From positions 19,498-83,497 of the forward strand of contig JBEKBM010000012.1 of assembly GCA_050015395.1 (NCBI GenBank): DNA of 64,000 bases. Reading direction: 5' to 3'. The notes beneath the pieces were generated by a model. That model saw nothing but the letters and a program-made list of their open reading frames with translations, had not been told where the DNA came from and did not search any database. Both the position numbers and the translations under genes were made by a program. Below are positions 1 through 9,765 of the stretch, in pieces; position 1 is the stretch's first letter, and the number at the start of each line of letters is the position of its first letter. The stretch comes from Candidatus Bathyarchaeia archaeon. Lineage in GTDB: Archaea; Thermoproteota; Bathyarchaeia; Bathyarchaeales; Bathycorpusculaceae.

Positions 1-288
1 TGCGTTTGTTCTTGCGGCTGGTTCTCTTATCATTCTTGTTAATGCGGGAGAAGCTGCAACGACAATGGTGGGTATTACAATTTTTATCGCGATAGCCAAA
101 CCGAACCAAACGAAAAGGGAGAGAACAATCTTTTGAAGGACACTATAAATTAGTATCTGAACATTGCTGGGGCCAAAAATCGCTAGTGTACCAGTATTGT
201 AGACTATTTCAACTATCGCAAGGAGAACTATTAGAGCTGCAAGTCTCAATAAGAACCAGACGGCGTATTTTTTGAAAAGAACTTTCAT
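1..288 (-). CDS. N-terminal part of a membrane protein running off the window edge (possibly MscS-type channel)
   Basis: Manual translation from ATG at 288: MKVLFKKYAVWFLLRLAALIVLLAIVEIV...LSLFVWFGLAIAIKIVIPTIVV..., open to position 1, with hydrophobic helices. Family assignment is a guess. Confidence 0.55.
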   Translation of the reverse strand, partial: MKVLFKKYAVWFLLRLAALIVLLAIVEIVYNTGTLAIFGPSNVQILIYSVLQKIVLSLFVWFGLAIAIKIVIPTIVVAASPALTRMIREPAARTNA

Positions 289-459
289 CTGCAAATTTTG
301 GTTCTGCAAGACTTTCCCAGTTATTAATTTCGTTCGAATGCTATATAAAACTATGTCGTCTCTGCATTTAGACGTTAAAGGCTAACAAAACTCGAGTGCT
401 TGTGGAAGTCTTTTCGGATGCTATGTTTTTGAAGTTTAGGAGTTTTGTTAAGTAAGGAA

Positions 460-668
460 ATGATTGAGGCTGACTACGGCGAAGTTGTATTTTCTGATCT
501 CGCAGTGATGAGAAAACAGATGTTTTTGTTCGCCTTCAAACTTCTGGGATTAATAACGATGTGGTTCCGTTGCTTGCAAGAAGGATTTCTGAGGAAATAA
601 AAAAAGAAACTGGTTTTTCAAATAGCGTAAAAGTAATGATTGTTCCAGTTAGTATCTATAGTTCATAG
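460..668 (+). pseudogene. Possible frameshifted gene remnant
   Basis: MIEADYGEVVFSDLAV continues in another frame as DEKTDVFVRLQTSG...LARRISEEIKKETGFSNSVKVMIVPVSIYSS*. Protein-like, family not recognised. Confidence 0.2.
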
Positions 669-889
669 AAAAAGGATTCCAATCATCCTATCCAGCGACC
701 CTATTTGGCCATACTCTAGGATGATAATCAACCTTGCAACCATGAAAGTGAGACTTGCTAGATTCAAAATCTAAAATTCGTCAAATCATAAACGGATTTG
801 TACTCAGAAAATTTAGCTCACGCTAAGCACTCACTAGTAGTGCAGGCTGTTGTGCACTAGAAAACCTTATTTCCGTTCACCAGTGTATT

Positions 890-1315
890 ATGAAGATTAT
901 GCGCACAGTTAAAGAGATAATGAAGCCTGTCGTCAATATAGGTCCAAAGCAGACAGTCTTGGAAGCTGCTAACCTCATGAAGAAGTCTGATAGGGGCAGT
1001 TTGCTGATTGTTGATGGCAAAATTACTGTTGGCATCATAACCGAGAGAGATCTTGTTATAAGGGTCATCGCAAAAAACCTGCCTCACACTACTCCAGTTT
1101 CGGAGGTTATGTCATCGCCTCTCATAACAATTGACGCTAATGTTACCCTGAAGAAAGCTGCCAGAATTATGGGCGAACATAGGATAAGACGGCTTCCAGT
1201 CAGCGAGAGCGGAGGAGTGGCAGGAATTCTAGTTGCATCTGACGTATTGCGACAACTGTCCAACAAAACTTTAGCCGAGGATATCTGGGAAGCCCTTGTT
1301 GTAGAGCACCAGTAG
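890..1315 (+). CDS. CBS domain pair protein
   Basis: Two CBS repeats (VGIITERDL, IRRLPV...GILVASDVL). Confidence 0.9.
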   Translation: MKIMRTVKEIMKPVVNIGPKQTVLEAANLMKKSDRGSLLIVDGKITVGIITERDLVIRVIAKNLPHTTPVSEVMSSPLITIDANVTLKKAARIMGEHRIRRLPVSESGGVAGILVASDVLRQLSNKTLAEDIWEALVVEHQ

Positions 1316-1510
1316 CAAGTTTCATCGCGCACGCTTTCCTATCCATATCATTTTGATTATTGAAGTGCGCCCTCTGAGAACACGTGCGCGTTTCAGCCGA
1401 CATTGAATGCGTCCATAAGGCCGTTTGTCGCCCCTTCCAAGCGCGTGCGCTTCAAGTTTCAAGTTCATCGTAAGAGTTAAATTTGCCTTGCATTCATCCT
1501 TTTAGCAGAG

Positions 1511-1957
1511 ATGAATTTTATGCCTGAAATGAATTTTGAAGGTACCGCCACATGGAAAGGTGCAACAGAATGCGAACTATCAATTAAAGGCAAGAAACTC
1601 GTTACTGTCAGTCCACCACCGTCGTTTGGTGGAAAAGAAGGCTATTGTGTACCTGAAGACATTTTTGCTGCTGCTTTAGCTTCATGCATCAATACGTTGT
1701 TTCTTTTGATTGCAAAAAATAGCCAGTTAGGGCTTAAAAGTTTGGAAACCATTGCGAATGTTAAAATGAACGTGGAAGGCATGGAGAAACTGATTTTCAC
1801 AGATGTGCACTTCAACATGAACGTTGGCTTGGAGAATGACAATGAGCGTGAACGCAAGAAGGCTAACATGGTGTATGGGATGGCGCAGAAGATTTGTCCG
1901 ATTCGGCAGTCGTGGGGCGAAGCTGTTCCAATAAGTTTTGAACTCAATTTCAAGTAA
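1511..1957 (+). CDS. OsmC/Ohr family protein
   Basis: PPPSFGG, PEDIFAAALASC and distal CPI cysteine motifs. Confidence 0.85.
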   Translation: MNFMPEMNFEGTATWKGATECELSIKGKKLVTVSPPPSFGGKEGYCVPEDIFAAALASCINTLFLLIAKNSQLGLKSLETIANVKMNVEGMEKLIFTDVHFNMNVGLENDNERERKKANMVYGMAQKICPIRQSWGEAVPISFELNFK

Positions 1958-2089
1958 GACCTATTGGTTTAGCCTCCACATTTTCTTTTCTTGTATTTCT
2001 GGTGCAATAACCTAAAGTGAACGAGTTTTATGTGCAATGAGTGCGTTTGGAAAATGACCCTTCAATGAAGCAAAATAAGCGCGCTGCAC

Positions 2090-2518
2090 TTATTCATCTC
2101 GTTCTAAGTAAGGTTCTTCGTTAGCTTGGAGTTTTTTCAGTTTGGTTAAGCGTGCATCCACGGTTTGGTGTATTGTGGTTCTGAGTTCTTCTCCTTGAAT
2201 TGTTTTGCTAACTTTGTTAATTTCATTTGCTAGTTCGTTGTCTCCTAAGGTTTCTCTAATCCATATGGCAAAGTCTCCACGCTTAAAGTGGAACTCCACC
2301 GACTTAGCATCTATCGTCCGTATTGCGTTACAAAAATCCGCAAGGCAGGTTGAACACCTATTAGTGTACTGTCCAATATCTGTGAAGAAGTAGAAGGCAT
2401 TGTTGGCGGGCACAATTCTCAGAATATTTGAGGATAGTTTTGGATCAGTTTTGTCTTCAGCTTTTTTAGTTTTCACGCGCGGGCTGTTTGTCTTTCCGAC
2501 TATGGCGATTGCTAACAA
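2090..2518 (-). CDS. DUF5752-like protein
   Basis: AFYFFTDIG...SVEFHFKRGDFAIWIRETLGDNELA pattern. Confidence 0.7.
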   Translation of the reverse strand: MLAIAIVGKTNSPRVKTKKAEDKTDPKLSSNILRIVPANNAFYFFTDIGQYTNRCSTCLADFCNAIRTIDAKSVEFHFKRGDFAIWIRETLGDNELANEINKVSKTIQGEELRTTIHQTVDARLTKLKKLQANEEPYLERDE

Positions 2519-2743
2519 GCAAATGTCTCCGATTAAATCATGCTTTACCGAGAATAATACTTTTTTGTATCAAGCTATTTGAAACATATTTTGCGATCTT
2601 GATGCAATGTTTTTGAGGGAAGGTCTATACATTCAAGACTTAATGCCTTGCAGCCTAACAATTTTGAGCAAACCAGTTTTTCCTGAATCGGAATTTCAAG
2701 AAATCTTATATAATTCAGGACTAACTATCCACAGTGTTTCAAG

Positions 2744-3940
2744 ATGGTAGACCTTGTCTCGTTAGCCTTGATCACAAGCGCTCTTATTATTGTGATAGGT
2801 TTCTTAGGCAACTACCTCTTTGCAAAGAAAGGCATACCCGACATGCTGTTCCTCATAGTCTTAGGAATGATTGTTGGCCCAGTACTGCACATATTTGACA
2901 CCAGCGCAATTCAGGGATTTGCACCCTACATTTCAGCATTGGCACTTGTTTTCATCTTATTTGATGGCGGCATGGGCATAAGCATCAGACAAGTTCTTTC
3001 CCACAGCCTCAGGGCGGCCTTGCTCGCTCTGTTGGGTTTTCTGTTCAGTGTCTTAGCAGTAGCGCTTTTCATGGTTTCAATTTTTGGAGTCCCTCTTTCT
3101 TATGGTCTACTTTTCGGGAGCATTTATGGCGGAAGCAGCTCAATAGTGGTAATCTCCTTGGCTTCCAAAATCAAAATTAGCGAAAAAGGCAAAACAACAT
3201 TAATACTTGAATCAGCAACAACCGATATCCTGTGCATTGTAGTTTCTCTCGCCTTAATCGGAGCCATAATGACAGGACATACAGATTACATGTCAATCGG
3301 TGCCGGAATCGCAGGAAAATTCCTAATCGGAGCAGGACTTGGAATAGCGCTGGGAATTCTGGGACTCTTTGTCTTGAGGAGGGTTTCTTATTTGCCTTTT
3401 TCTTACATGCTAACATTAGCCATTGCGCTTTTCGCCTACTCAATCTCAGAAACCGTAGGAGGCAGCGGGGCATTGAGTGCACTAGTTTTTGGTCTGATCC
3501 TAGGTAACGAAACTGCAGTTTTCAAGGTTCTTCGGAGAAAGACAACGGCTAACTTGGCAGTGGATGAGGGATTGAGGCGTTTTAAATCTGAAATTGCGTT
3601 TTTTATAAGGACTTTCTTTTTTGTGTTTCTCGGGATAATTGCAACTATATCCAACGTGAATTTCATCTTTTTGGGAATTGCCCTATCACTTCTTCTTCTC
3701 ATTGTCAGATATGGCGCCGTTTATCTGACGACTTTGAGAAATAAGCTTAAAAATGAAAGATCCATTTTGACTTTTGTTCTTACACGCGGCTTAGCTGCCG
3801 CAGTTCTGGCGACTTTGCCTGCGGAGTACGGCCTGTCCTATGCTCCTTTGTTCATTAACTTTGCTGTAGTAATTATCATGTCCACTGCAGTTATAGCAAC
3901 AGTCGGCGTTATCGTCCTTTCGCGGAAACAAAGCGGGTAA
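2744..3940 (+). CDS. Cation:proton antiporter (CPA1, NhaP-like)
   Basis: About 12 TM segments; LFDGG, ILESATTD, TRGLAAAVLA motifs. Confidence 0.88.
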   Translation: MVDLVSLALITSALIIVIGFLGNYLFAKKGIPDMLFLIVLGMIVGPVLHIFDTSAIQGFAPYISALALVFILFDGGMGISIRQVLSHSLRAALLALLGFLFSVLAVALFMVSIFGVPLSYGLLFGSIYGGSSSIVVISLASKIKISEKGKTTLILESATTDILCIVVSLALIGAIMTGHTDYMSIGAGIAGKFLIGAGLGIALGILGLFVLRRVSYLPFSYMLTLAIALFAYSISETVGGSGALSALVFGLILGNETAVFKVLRRKTTANLAVDEGLRRFKSEIAFFIRTFFFVFLGIIATISNVNFIFLGIALSLLLLIVRYGAVYLTTLRNKLKNERSILTFVLTRGLAAAVLATLPAEYGLSYAPLFINFAVVIIMSTAVIATVGVIVLSRKQSG

Positions 3941-3996
3941 AGTAGAGACCACAAAAAAGCAGTTTTTTTTGGCACCGAGTTAACAAAGAAGGAATT

Positions 3997-4275
3997 TTAC
4001 TTTGGTGGTTGAATAAAGTTTTTTAGCTCACTGATTGGTTTGTTGAGGCTTACTACATCAGCCACAACCGCTATGGCGTCTATTGAAAGCAAAATATCTA
4101 TACGCCCCATGAATGGTTTCTTGTAACCCAGAATCTCGATTGCCTCATCAGATAATTCTAGCTGCAAACTGGTTACCTTCCAACTTACTGGGTCGATTTC
4201 AACGTCAAAGACTGTTCCCACTATCCTAGCTCCAGCTCCGACAACTTCTTTACCATTCAACTCTGAAGGGCGCAT
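3997..4275 (-). CDS. PRC-barrel domain protein
   Basis: SELNGKEVVG...IVGTVFDVEIDPVSWKV. Confidence 0.8.
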   Translation of the reverse strand: MRPSELNGKEVVGAGARIVGTVFDVEIDPVSWKVTSLQLELSDEAIEILGYKKPFMGRIDILLSIDAIAVVADVVSLNKPISELKNFIQPPK

Positions 4276-4483
4276 GATATCGCTTATCTCTCTTTTTCCA
4301 TTTAAAGATTTCCTGAATAACTAAATTCAGCGCGCCGCGCAATAAGTAGTGTGAAACCAAACTTTGAGAGTGGAAACAATTGGCTCTAATTCTGAGAAAC
4401 TAATAAATTAGCCTCTGCCGTAACTGAATGTTAAGGTGTCAAATTTGGTTGCTGAAAAAGTAATGCATTTTCACGGATGCCAG

Positions 4484-5728
4484 ATGGCAACCACTAATTC
4501 CGTGAAACAGCACAAACTGAGGAAGCTCATAGCGTGTCTATCAGACAAAGAGGGAAGGGGAATGGAGTTCATCTCGCTCTACATACCTCGAGAGACATCA
4601 ATAGATGACATAGTCGCAACCCTCAAGCAGGAGTCTGATTCTGTTGCCATGAAATCTGAGAGCGTTAGGGATCGCCTTCAAGACGCCATCAAAAATGTGA
4701 TCCAGCGTATAAAGCTGCAGAAGGAAATTCCAGAGAATGGACTCGCGATATTTGCTGGAACTTTCGTCGCCAACGAGGCGGAAAGCGAAGTTTTGAACGT
4801 CGAAGAGCTCATCCCACCAGAGCCAATTACCGCCTATCTTTACGAGGTTGACGACCATTTCCGGTTAGAACCGCTAAGGGAAATGCTGAGAAACCAAAGA
4901 GTTGTGGGACTTATCGCCATGGATTCAAAAGAGGCTAGCTTCGGAATACTCAATGGTGAACGCCTCGAATTAATCGAAAAAATCACGTCAGGGATTCCAG
5001 GAAAGACTGTAAAGGGCGGGCAGAGCCAAAGGAGATACGAAAGAGAACGCGACATGGAAGTCACATACTTTTTCCACAGGGTTGCGGAGCATGCAACAAA
5101 GGCATTTCTCGAGAACCATAAAGTAACGGCGTTGATAGTTGGAGGACCGGGCCAAACGAAAGAGGATTTCTTAAAGGGAGATTACCTTAATTATGAACTA
5201 AAGAATGCGCTTCTGAGCACAGTTGATACGCAATCCGCCGACAGAGAAGCGGTGAAAGAGGTGCTTGACAAATCATCTGAGACACTGAAGAATATGTGCG
5301 CGCCAGAGGAGAAGAAGACCGTGCAGCGCCTTCTGGCATACATGGGCAAACAAGATGGTTTGGCTATTTGCGGCCTAGATTCAGTGTTGAACGCGCTTAA
5401 GAATGGTGAAGTGGAAGTTGCACTACTGACAGATAGTACAGATATGATTGAAATTGTTGTAATGTGCAAAAGATGCGAACTATCAAGGGCGCAGATAGTA
5501 AATAAGGAGAAGAAGGTTCAAACTGTACAGGAAATGATATCTAGCCCATGCGAGAAGTGCAACGCGGTTGAATACGAGGTGGAGGAGAAGGACATAATAG
5601 ATGTCTTAGAGGATGTGGCTTCACAGACAGACGCAAGGGTTGAGGTGATATCTACAGAGTCGGAAGAAAAAGCAAAGCTCACAGCTTTGGGAGGCTTTGC
5701 CGCTCTCTTGAGATACAGACCTAGATAA
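4484..5728 (+). CDS. prf1: Peptide chain release factor aRF1 homologue (divergent paralogue)
   Basis: Three-domain eRF1 layout; PGKTVKGGQSQRRYER, GGPGQTKEDF, C-terminal LGGFAALLRY, CxxC..CxxC insert. ATG 4484 preferred over GTG 4436. Confidence 0.88.
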   Translation: MATTNSVKQHKLRKLIACLSDKEGRGMEFISLYIPRETSIDDIVATLKQESDSVAMKSESVRDRLQDAIKNVIQRIKLQKEIPENGLAIFAGTFVANEAESEVLNVEELIPPEPITAYLYEVDDHFRLEPLREMLRNQRVVGLIAMDSKEASFGILNGERLELIEKITSGIPGKTVKGGQSQRRYERERDMEVTYFFHRVAEHATKAFLENHKVTALIVGGPGQTKEDFLKGDYLNYELKNALLSTVDTQSADREAVKEVLDKSSETLKNMCAPEEKKTVQRLLAYMGKQDGLAICGLDSVLNALKNGEVEVALLTDSTDMIEIVVMCKRCELSRAQIVNKEKKVQTVQEMISSPCEKCNAVEYEVEEKDIIDVLEDVASQTDARVEVISTESEEKAKLTALGGFAALLRYRPR

Positions 5729-6047
5729 AGTGAAATGAGAATCGCGAGAACCTTTTCTGGGAGTTTTATCTTGGGAGCATTTAACTCCGAAACGGGGTCA
5801 AAGTTTTGAGATCGATCGATAGGAATACGAGTTTATCCGGGAGTCTGGAGAGCTCCTCGCAGGCCTTTGGTGTATGGGACACTTGATTTAAACAGGGGAA
5901 GCGTGTTAGAAGGCGACGATGAACTCGACGAATGACGATCCTACTATGAAAACCGCTAAAGCGTCTTTATGTTTGCTTAGACAGATTGATTAAGGGCTTT
6001 AGAGATTTAGAAAACAAGCTTCAATGAAAGTTGCAGCGAAAGGGTAG

Positions 6048-7604
6048 GTGGTTGTCCTGGTTCCTAGCATTGAACTCATTGTGGCGGCGTTCCTGCTTAT
6101 GGCTTTCTTAGCTGCCGTCCTATCTACAAGGCTTAGGATACCGTACACTCTGGTTTTGGTCTTAACAGGGATTGCAATCACCGTGGTCGCATCTTCGTTT
6201 ACTCTGGAAGGAGGGTCTTTCGAGAACCTGATTTCTCAGTTGAGATCACTCTGCGCTCAGCTTCTCGAAGGTGGCGGAGGCGGTCTTTTCGTGGGCGTCG
6301 TTGTTCCCCCCTTGATATTCGAAGCCATGATTCACCTTCGCGCCAGTGATTTGCGGGCTGTAATCAAGCCTTCGTTAGCCTTAGCAACCGTAGGCGTTTT
6401 GATAGCGACTTCTGTTGGGGGGCTTATCTTGTGGAAGGGCGTCGGTCTTTCGCCGTATGTTTCTTTTCTTTTCGCCGCGTTGATTGCCCCAACGGACGCG
6501 GTTACGGTTTTGGAGGTTTTTCGACGGGTCAAGGTTCCTTCCAAACTATCTACGCTACTAGACACAGAAGCGGCGTTCAACGACGCCACTGGCATCGTCT
6601 TATTCACTATAATCCTTTCAACTGTCGGTCTTCAAAAGGTCGCGGTAACGCAAACAGTGCTCAGTTTCGGGTTCATCCTTGGTGCAGGTGTCTTAATTGG
6701 GTTAGCGGTCGCGTTTCTAGGCGAAGTACTTTCAAGCTTGATAGCGGACAGAGTGGCCGAAACCATCTTGGCGGTTGCGGTGGTGTACGGGTCGTACGCT
6801 TTGGCAACAGGAATAGGCGCCTCAGGGCTAATAGCGGTCGCCGTGGCAGGGTTGTACTTTGGCAACTTCACGATGCGGTCCGCCATGGAAACCGCGTCAA
6901 AAGAAGCCGTGACGACATTTTGGCAGATAGCAGCCTTCTTAGGCAACTCGATAGCGTTTCTAATCATCGGTTTCGAGACAAATATTATCACTCTTTCGCA
7001 ATCAGTTCTGATCATCGTGGCCGCCTACGCCGCCGTAACCTTAGCCAGAGCCGCCACAGTGTACCCAATACTCGCCGTGTTCAACAAATTCGGAGACAAA
7101 ATATCCGTGGTCTGGCGCAACATTGCCATGCTTGGCGGGGTCCGAGGTGCCTTGTCCATAGCGCTGGTTGCCACAATAACAACTTCTGCAGTAATTTCTA
7201 AGGGAGATATAAACACCATAAACACAATGGTGCTTGGAGTAGCCTTTATCTCAATCGTGTTCCAGGTGCCTTTGCTGTTCCGCTACGTAAGGAAAAAAAT
7301 ACCGCAAACCGACACCGTGTCAGAAACAAAAATTGACGAACAATTCAATCTAATAGCCTCACACATGGAAGAAGTGAGAAAACTAAAATCAGAAGGCAAA
7401 ATATCCAATGAAGAATTCACAAAAAGAATAGAAGAAAACAAAAAGAAACTAGACGAGCTAATCGCAACCTCGCCCATCACAGTTGAAACAAGAAAAATTA
7501 TCCTCGCAAGAGCCTCCGCGTTATACAATTCTTTCCCCAAAATGCCTAAACGCAAAACCAAAGACAAAAACAAAGAAGCAAAAACCAAAACAACCAAAGA
7601 CTAG
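6048..7604 (+). CDS. Na+/H+ antiporter (CPA1 family)
   Basis: APTDAV, EAAFNDATG, GGVRGALSIAL motifs; charged cytoplasmic tail. Confidence 0.9.
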   Translation: MVVLVPSIELIVAAFLLMAFLAAVLSTRLRIPYTLVLVLTGIAITVVASSFTLEGGSFENLISQLRSLCAQLLEGGGGGLFVGVVVPPLIFEAMIHLRASDLRAVIKPSLALATVGVLIATSVGGLILWKGVGLSPYVSFLFAALIAPTDAVTVLEVFRRVKVPSKLSTLLDTEAAFNDATGIVLFTIILSTVGLQKVAVTQTVLSFGFILGAGVLIGLAVAFLGEVLSSLIADRVAETILAVAVVYGSYALATGIGASGLIAVAVAGLYFGNFTMRSAMETASKEAVTTFWQIAAFLGNSIAFLIIGFETNIITLSQSVLIIVAAYAAVTLARAATVYPILAVFNKFGDKISVVWRNIAMLGGVRGALSIALVATITTSAVISKGDINTINTMVLGVAFISIVFQVPLLFRYVRKKIPQTDTVSETKIDEQFNLIASHMEEVRKLKSEGKISNEEFTKRIEENKKKLDELIATSPITVETRKIILARASALYNSFPKMPKRKTKDKNKEAKTKTTKD

Positions 7605-7678
7605 CTGCCTGTATCCTTTTGGTTCAAAAAACCAAAAACTTTTAACGCTAATGTAATCAGTGATGAAGTAGTGTTTTT

Positions 7679-7981
7679 ATGTCATTTTTTGAGTCAATAG
7701 ATGCTAACGGCATCAAGCTAAGTTTTGTTGAAAAAGGAACCGGACCACCAGTAATTCTTGTTCACGGAATCCCCACAGATTACAGAGCATGGGAGAATCA
7801 AATGGAGGTTCTATCAAAGAGTTTCAGGACATTAAGCTACAGCAGAAGATGTTCCTACCCTAACCAAAACAAAGATTACGAGAACAGCACGATCGAAAAC
7901 AACGCCGAGGGCCTCAGCTGGTTCATTATCCTGAAGGAAGCTAAACCACAACCGTTCCAATCCATCCCCAACATCTTCTAA
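7679..7981 (+). pseudogene. Truncated alpha/beta hydrolase (N-terminus only)
   Basis: GTGPPVILVHG...W...SYSRR present, but the ORF ends at 100 aa before any GxSxG nucleophile elbow. Confidence 0.7.
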
Positions 7982-8039
7982 ACCAAAGCGAGTAGGCAAA
8001 AAGTATAATCGACTGTTGTGAATGATTCTTACTTTTCAG

Positions 8040-9266
8040 CTACCTGCCCACAGCCGAATTAGAAAGCGATTGCGTGGGCGATTTCTTTGGTTGCTTTTTC
8101 AATTTAGTTTTTAAAAATCGCTGCAACGCCACGATAGCGTCTGGTTTGCCAGCAGGTTTGATTTTCACAGCGCCTCTGTCGCATGTTATATAACATTCCA
8201 GACACTTGGTACACTTAGATAGTGAGTCTTTGTCAGTTAGGTTTATGTCTGCGGGGCAAACTTTTTCGCATTGTTTTTGGTCCGCTTGTCGGCAAGCCAT
8301 GCAGTAGTCCAGTCGATAGTCTTCGCAGGTTTTGGGGCATCCTTTCATAACGCATTTTTCGTCGTTGAGCGTGGGCTTGATGAGTGGGCTGAAGGAGCCA
8401 GCGATGTTCAGGGTTGCCCCGACTGGGCATATTTTTCTGCACCAGTATCGCCTCTCTCTCAAACTTACAAGTATAGCCACCGCGGGGATGGCCCAGAGTT
8501 CAGCGATTATGTAAAATAGTGTTCCGGTGTAGCCGACCAACACTGTCTTGAGATAAAAAACTGATTTAAGGTGGATCATTCCTCGCGTTGATATTCCGAT
8601 AGGGCAGATGGCGCAGAACACGGGAAACCTGAGAAGGGCGGAGCCGACTAGTGCAGTCCCAAGAATCCCATTTGTCAAAGTGGCGTTTTTGTTTGCAAGT
8701 AGTCGGCTAAAGGGGCATGTTGGGCAGGCTACGCTGCTTATTGATTGCGAGACGCTGAGTTGGGCGGCCTGTTTTGCTTTTCTCCTTTCTTTGTTTCGAA
8801 GACGCCTTTCATCTCGCCTCGCGTTTAGCCTTGGAATGTACTTTTCAACGCCTTTGTCGAAAGAGTCGATCATTGTGCCGAGGGGACAGACCCAGCTGCA
8901 GAAGACGTTGCCCAACACAAAAATTGGTATGAGGAACACGAGCAAGGCAACTATTGTGGGGATTAAAAGTGTGAGACCTGCTCTTCCAGTCAGTAGAATC
9001 TGCAGACCACCGAGAGGGCAAAGCAACCAAGCGCCGGGTCCTACTGAACCGTAGAAGAGTACCCAAGTGCTACATACGGATTCACCCATAGGCAGCGTGA
9101 AAAGTGGCTTGTTCAGTCCTCCAAAGAAGAGGCTGTACACGGGTTCAGCGCTGGGAGCTTTGGCGAGATAGAGGATGGGAACCACGAAAATTAGCAAGAA
9201 AGCAGCCTTGACTGACCATCTGAAATATCTGATAGCTTTTCTTCGATTGCCCTTCCTTTCAGTCAA
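8040..9266 (-). CDS. Membrane 4Fe-4S binding protein (NapH/MauN-like)
   Basis: TM helices with CPLG, FCSWVCPLG, WCRKICPVG and ferredoxin CTKCLECYITC motifs. Confidence 0.8.
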   Translation of the reverse strand: MTERKGNRRKAIRYFRWSVKAAFLLIFVVPILYLAKAPSAEPVYSLFFGGLNKPLFTLPMGESVCSTWVLFYGSVGPGAWLLCPLGGLQILLTGRAGLTLLIPTIVALLVFLIPIFVLGNVFCSWVCPLGTMIDSFDKGVEKYIPRLNARRDERRLRNKERRKAKQAAQLSVSQSISSVACPTCPFSRLLANKNATLTNGILGTALVGSALLRFPVFCAICPIGISTRGMIHLKSVFYLKTVLVGYTGTLFYIIAELWAIPAVAILVSLRERRYWCRKICPVGATLNIAGSFSPLIKPTLNDEKCVMKGCPKTCEDYRLDYCMACRQADQKQCEKVCPADINLTDKDSLSKCTKCLECYITCDRGAVKIKPAGKPDAIVALQRFLKTKLKKQPKKSPTQSLSNSAVGR

Positions 9267-9765
9267 CCCTTTTCACCACTTTCCTATCACGTCAACTATT
9301 AGAAACAAATGGTCATATTTTTTTTTGTGGGCCGTTAACGAAAAAGTGGCTGTAACCTAAAATACTTTTCTTAATGACCGTTGCAAAGTTCTTGAACAGG
9401 GCTATTTGTGATTTTAGCCATATTCCACATTTGAAGCCAAAGTGGTTTCCACATTCCAATTGTGCCACAAAAGGCTGAGACAGTAGTATTATTCGACAAT
9501 AGTTTTTGGCGAAAATGGTTTTTGAAAGGTATTCTGCTTGTATCTTTTTAGGAACTCTGCGGTATGTAAATTAATTGAGAATCAAACGTGGTTAACTTAT
9601 AGTAAGCTTCTGCTTGTAAAGTGTAGGGTCCTTTTGTAAGTTTTTATCCCCCCTTTTTGCAGGAGCACTGCGTCTTCAATACCGATTAAAGACGACAAAC
9701 TTGGCGCTTAATGTTTAATAGGCGCTACCGTAAACTATGCTTTTAACAGCTATTTCACGGTTGAT

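Noticed and set aside
4484-5728. Pelota/Dom34 call
   Set aside because: GGQ is present and the N-domain is eRF1-type, not Sm-like
6431-7201. 256-aa alternative-frame ORF and the many antisense ORFs inside well-supported genes
   Set aside because: They are shadows of real CDSs with no motifs
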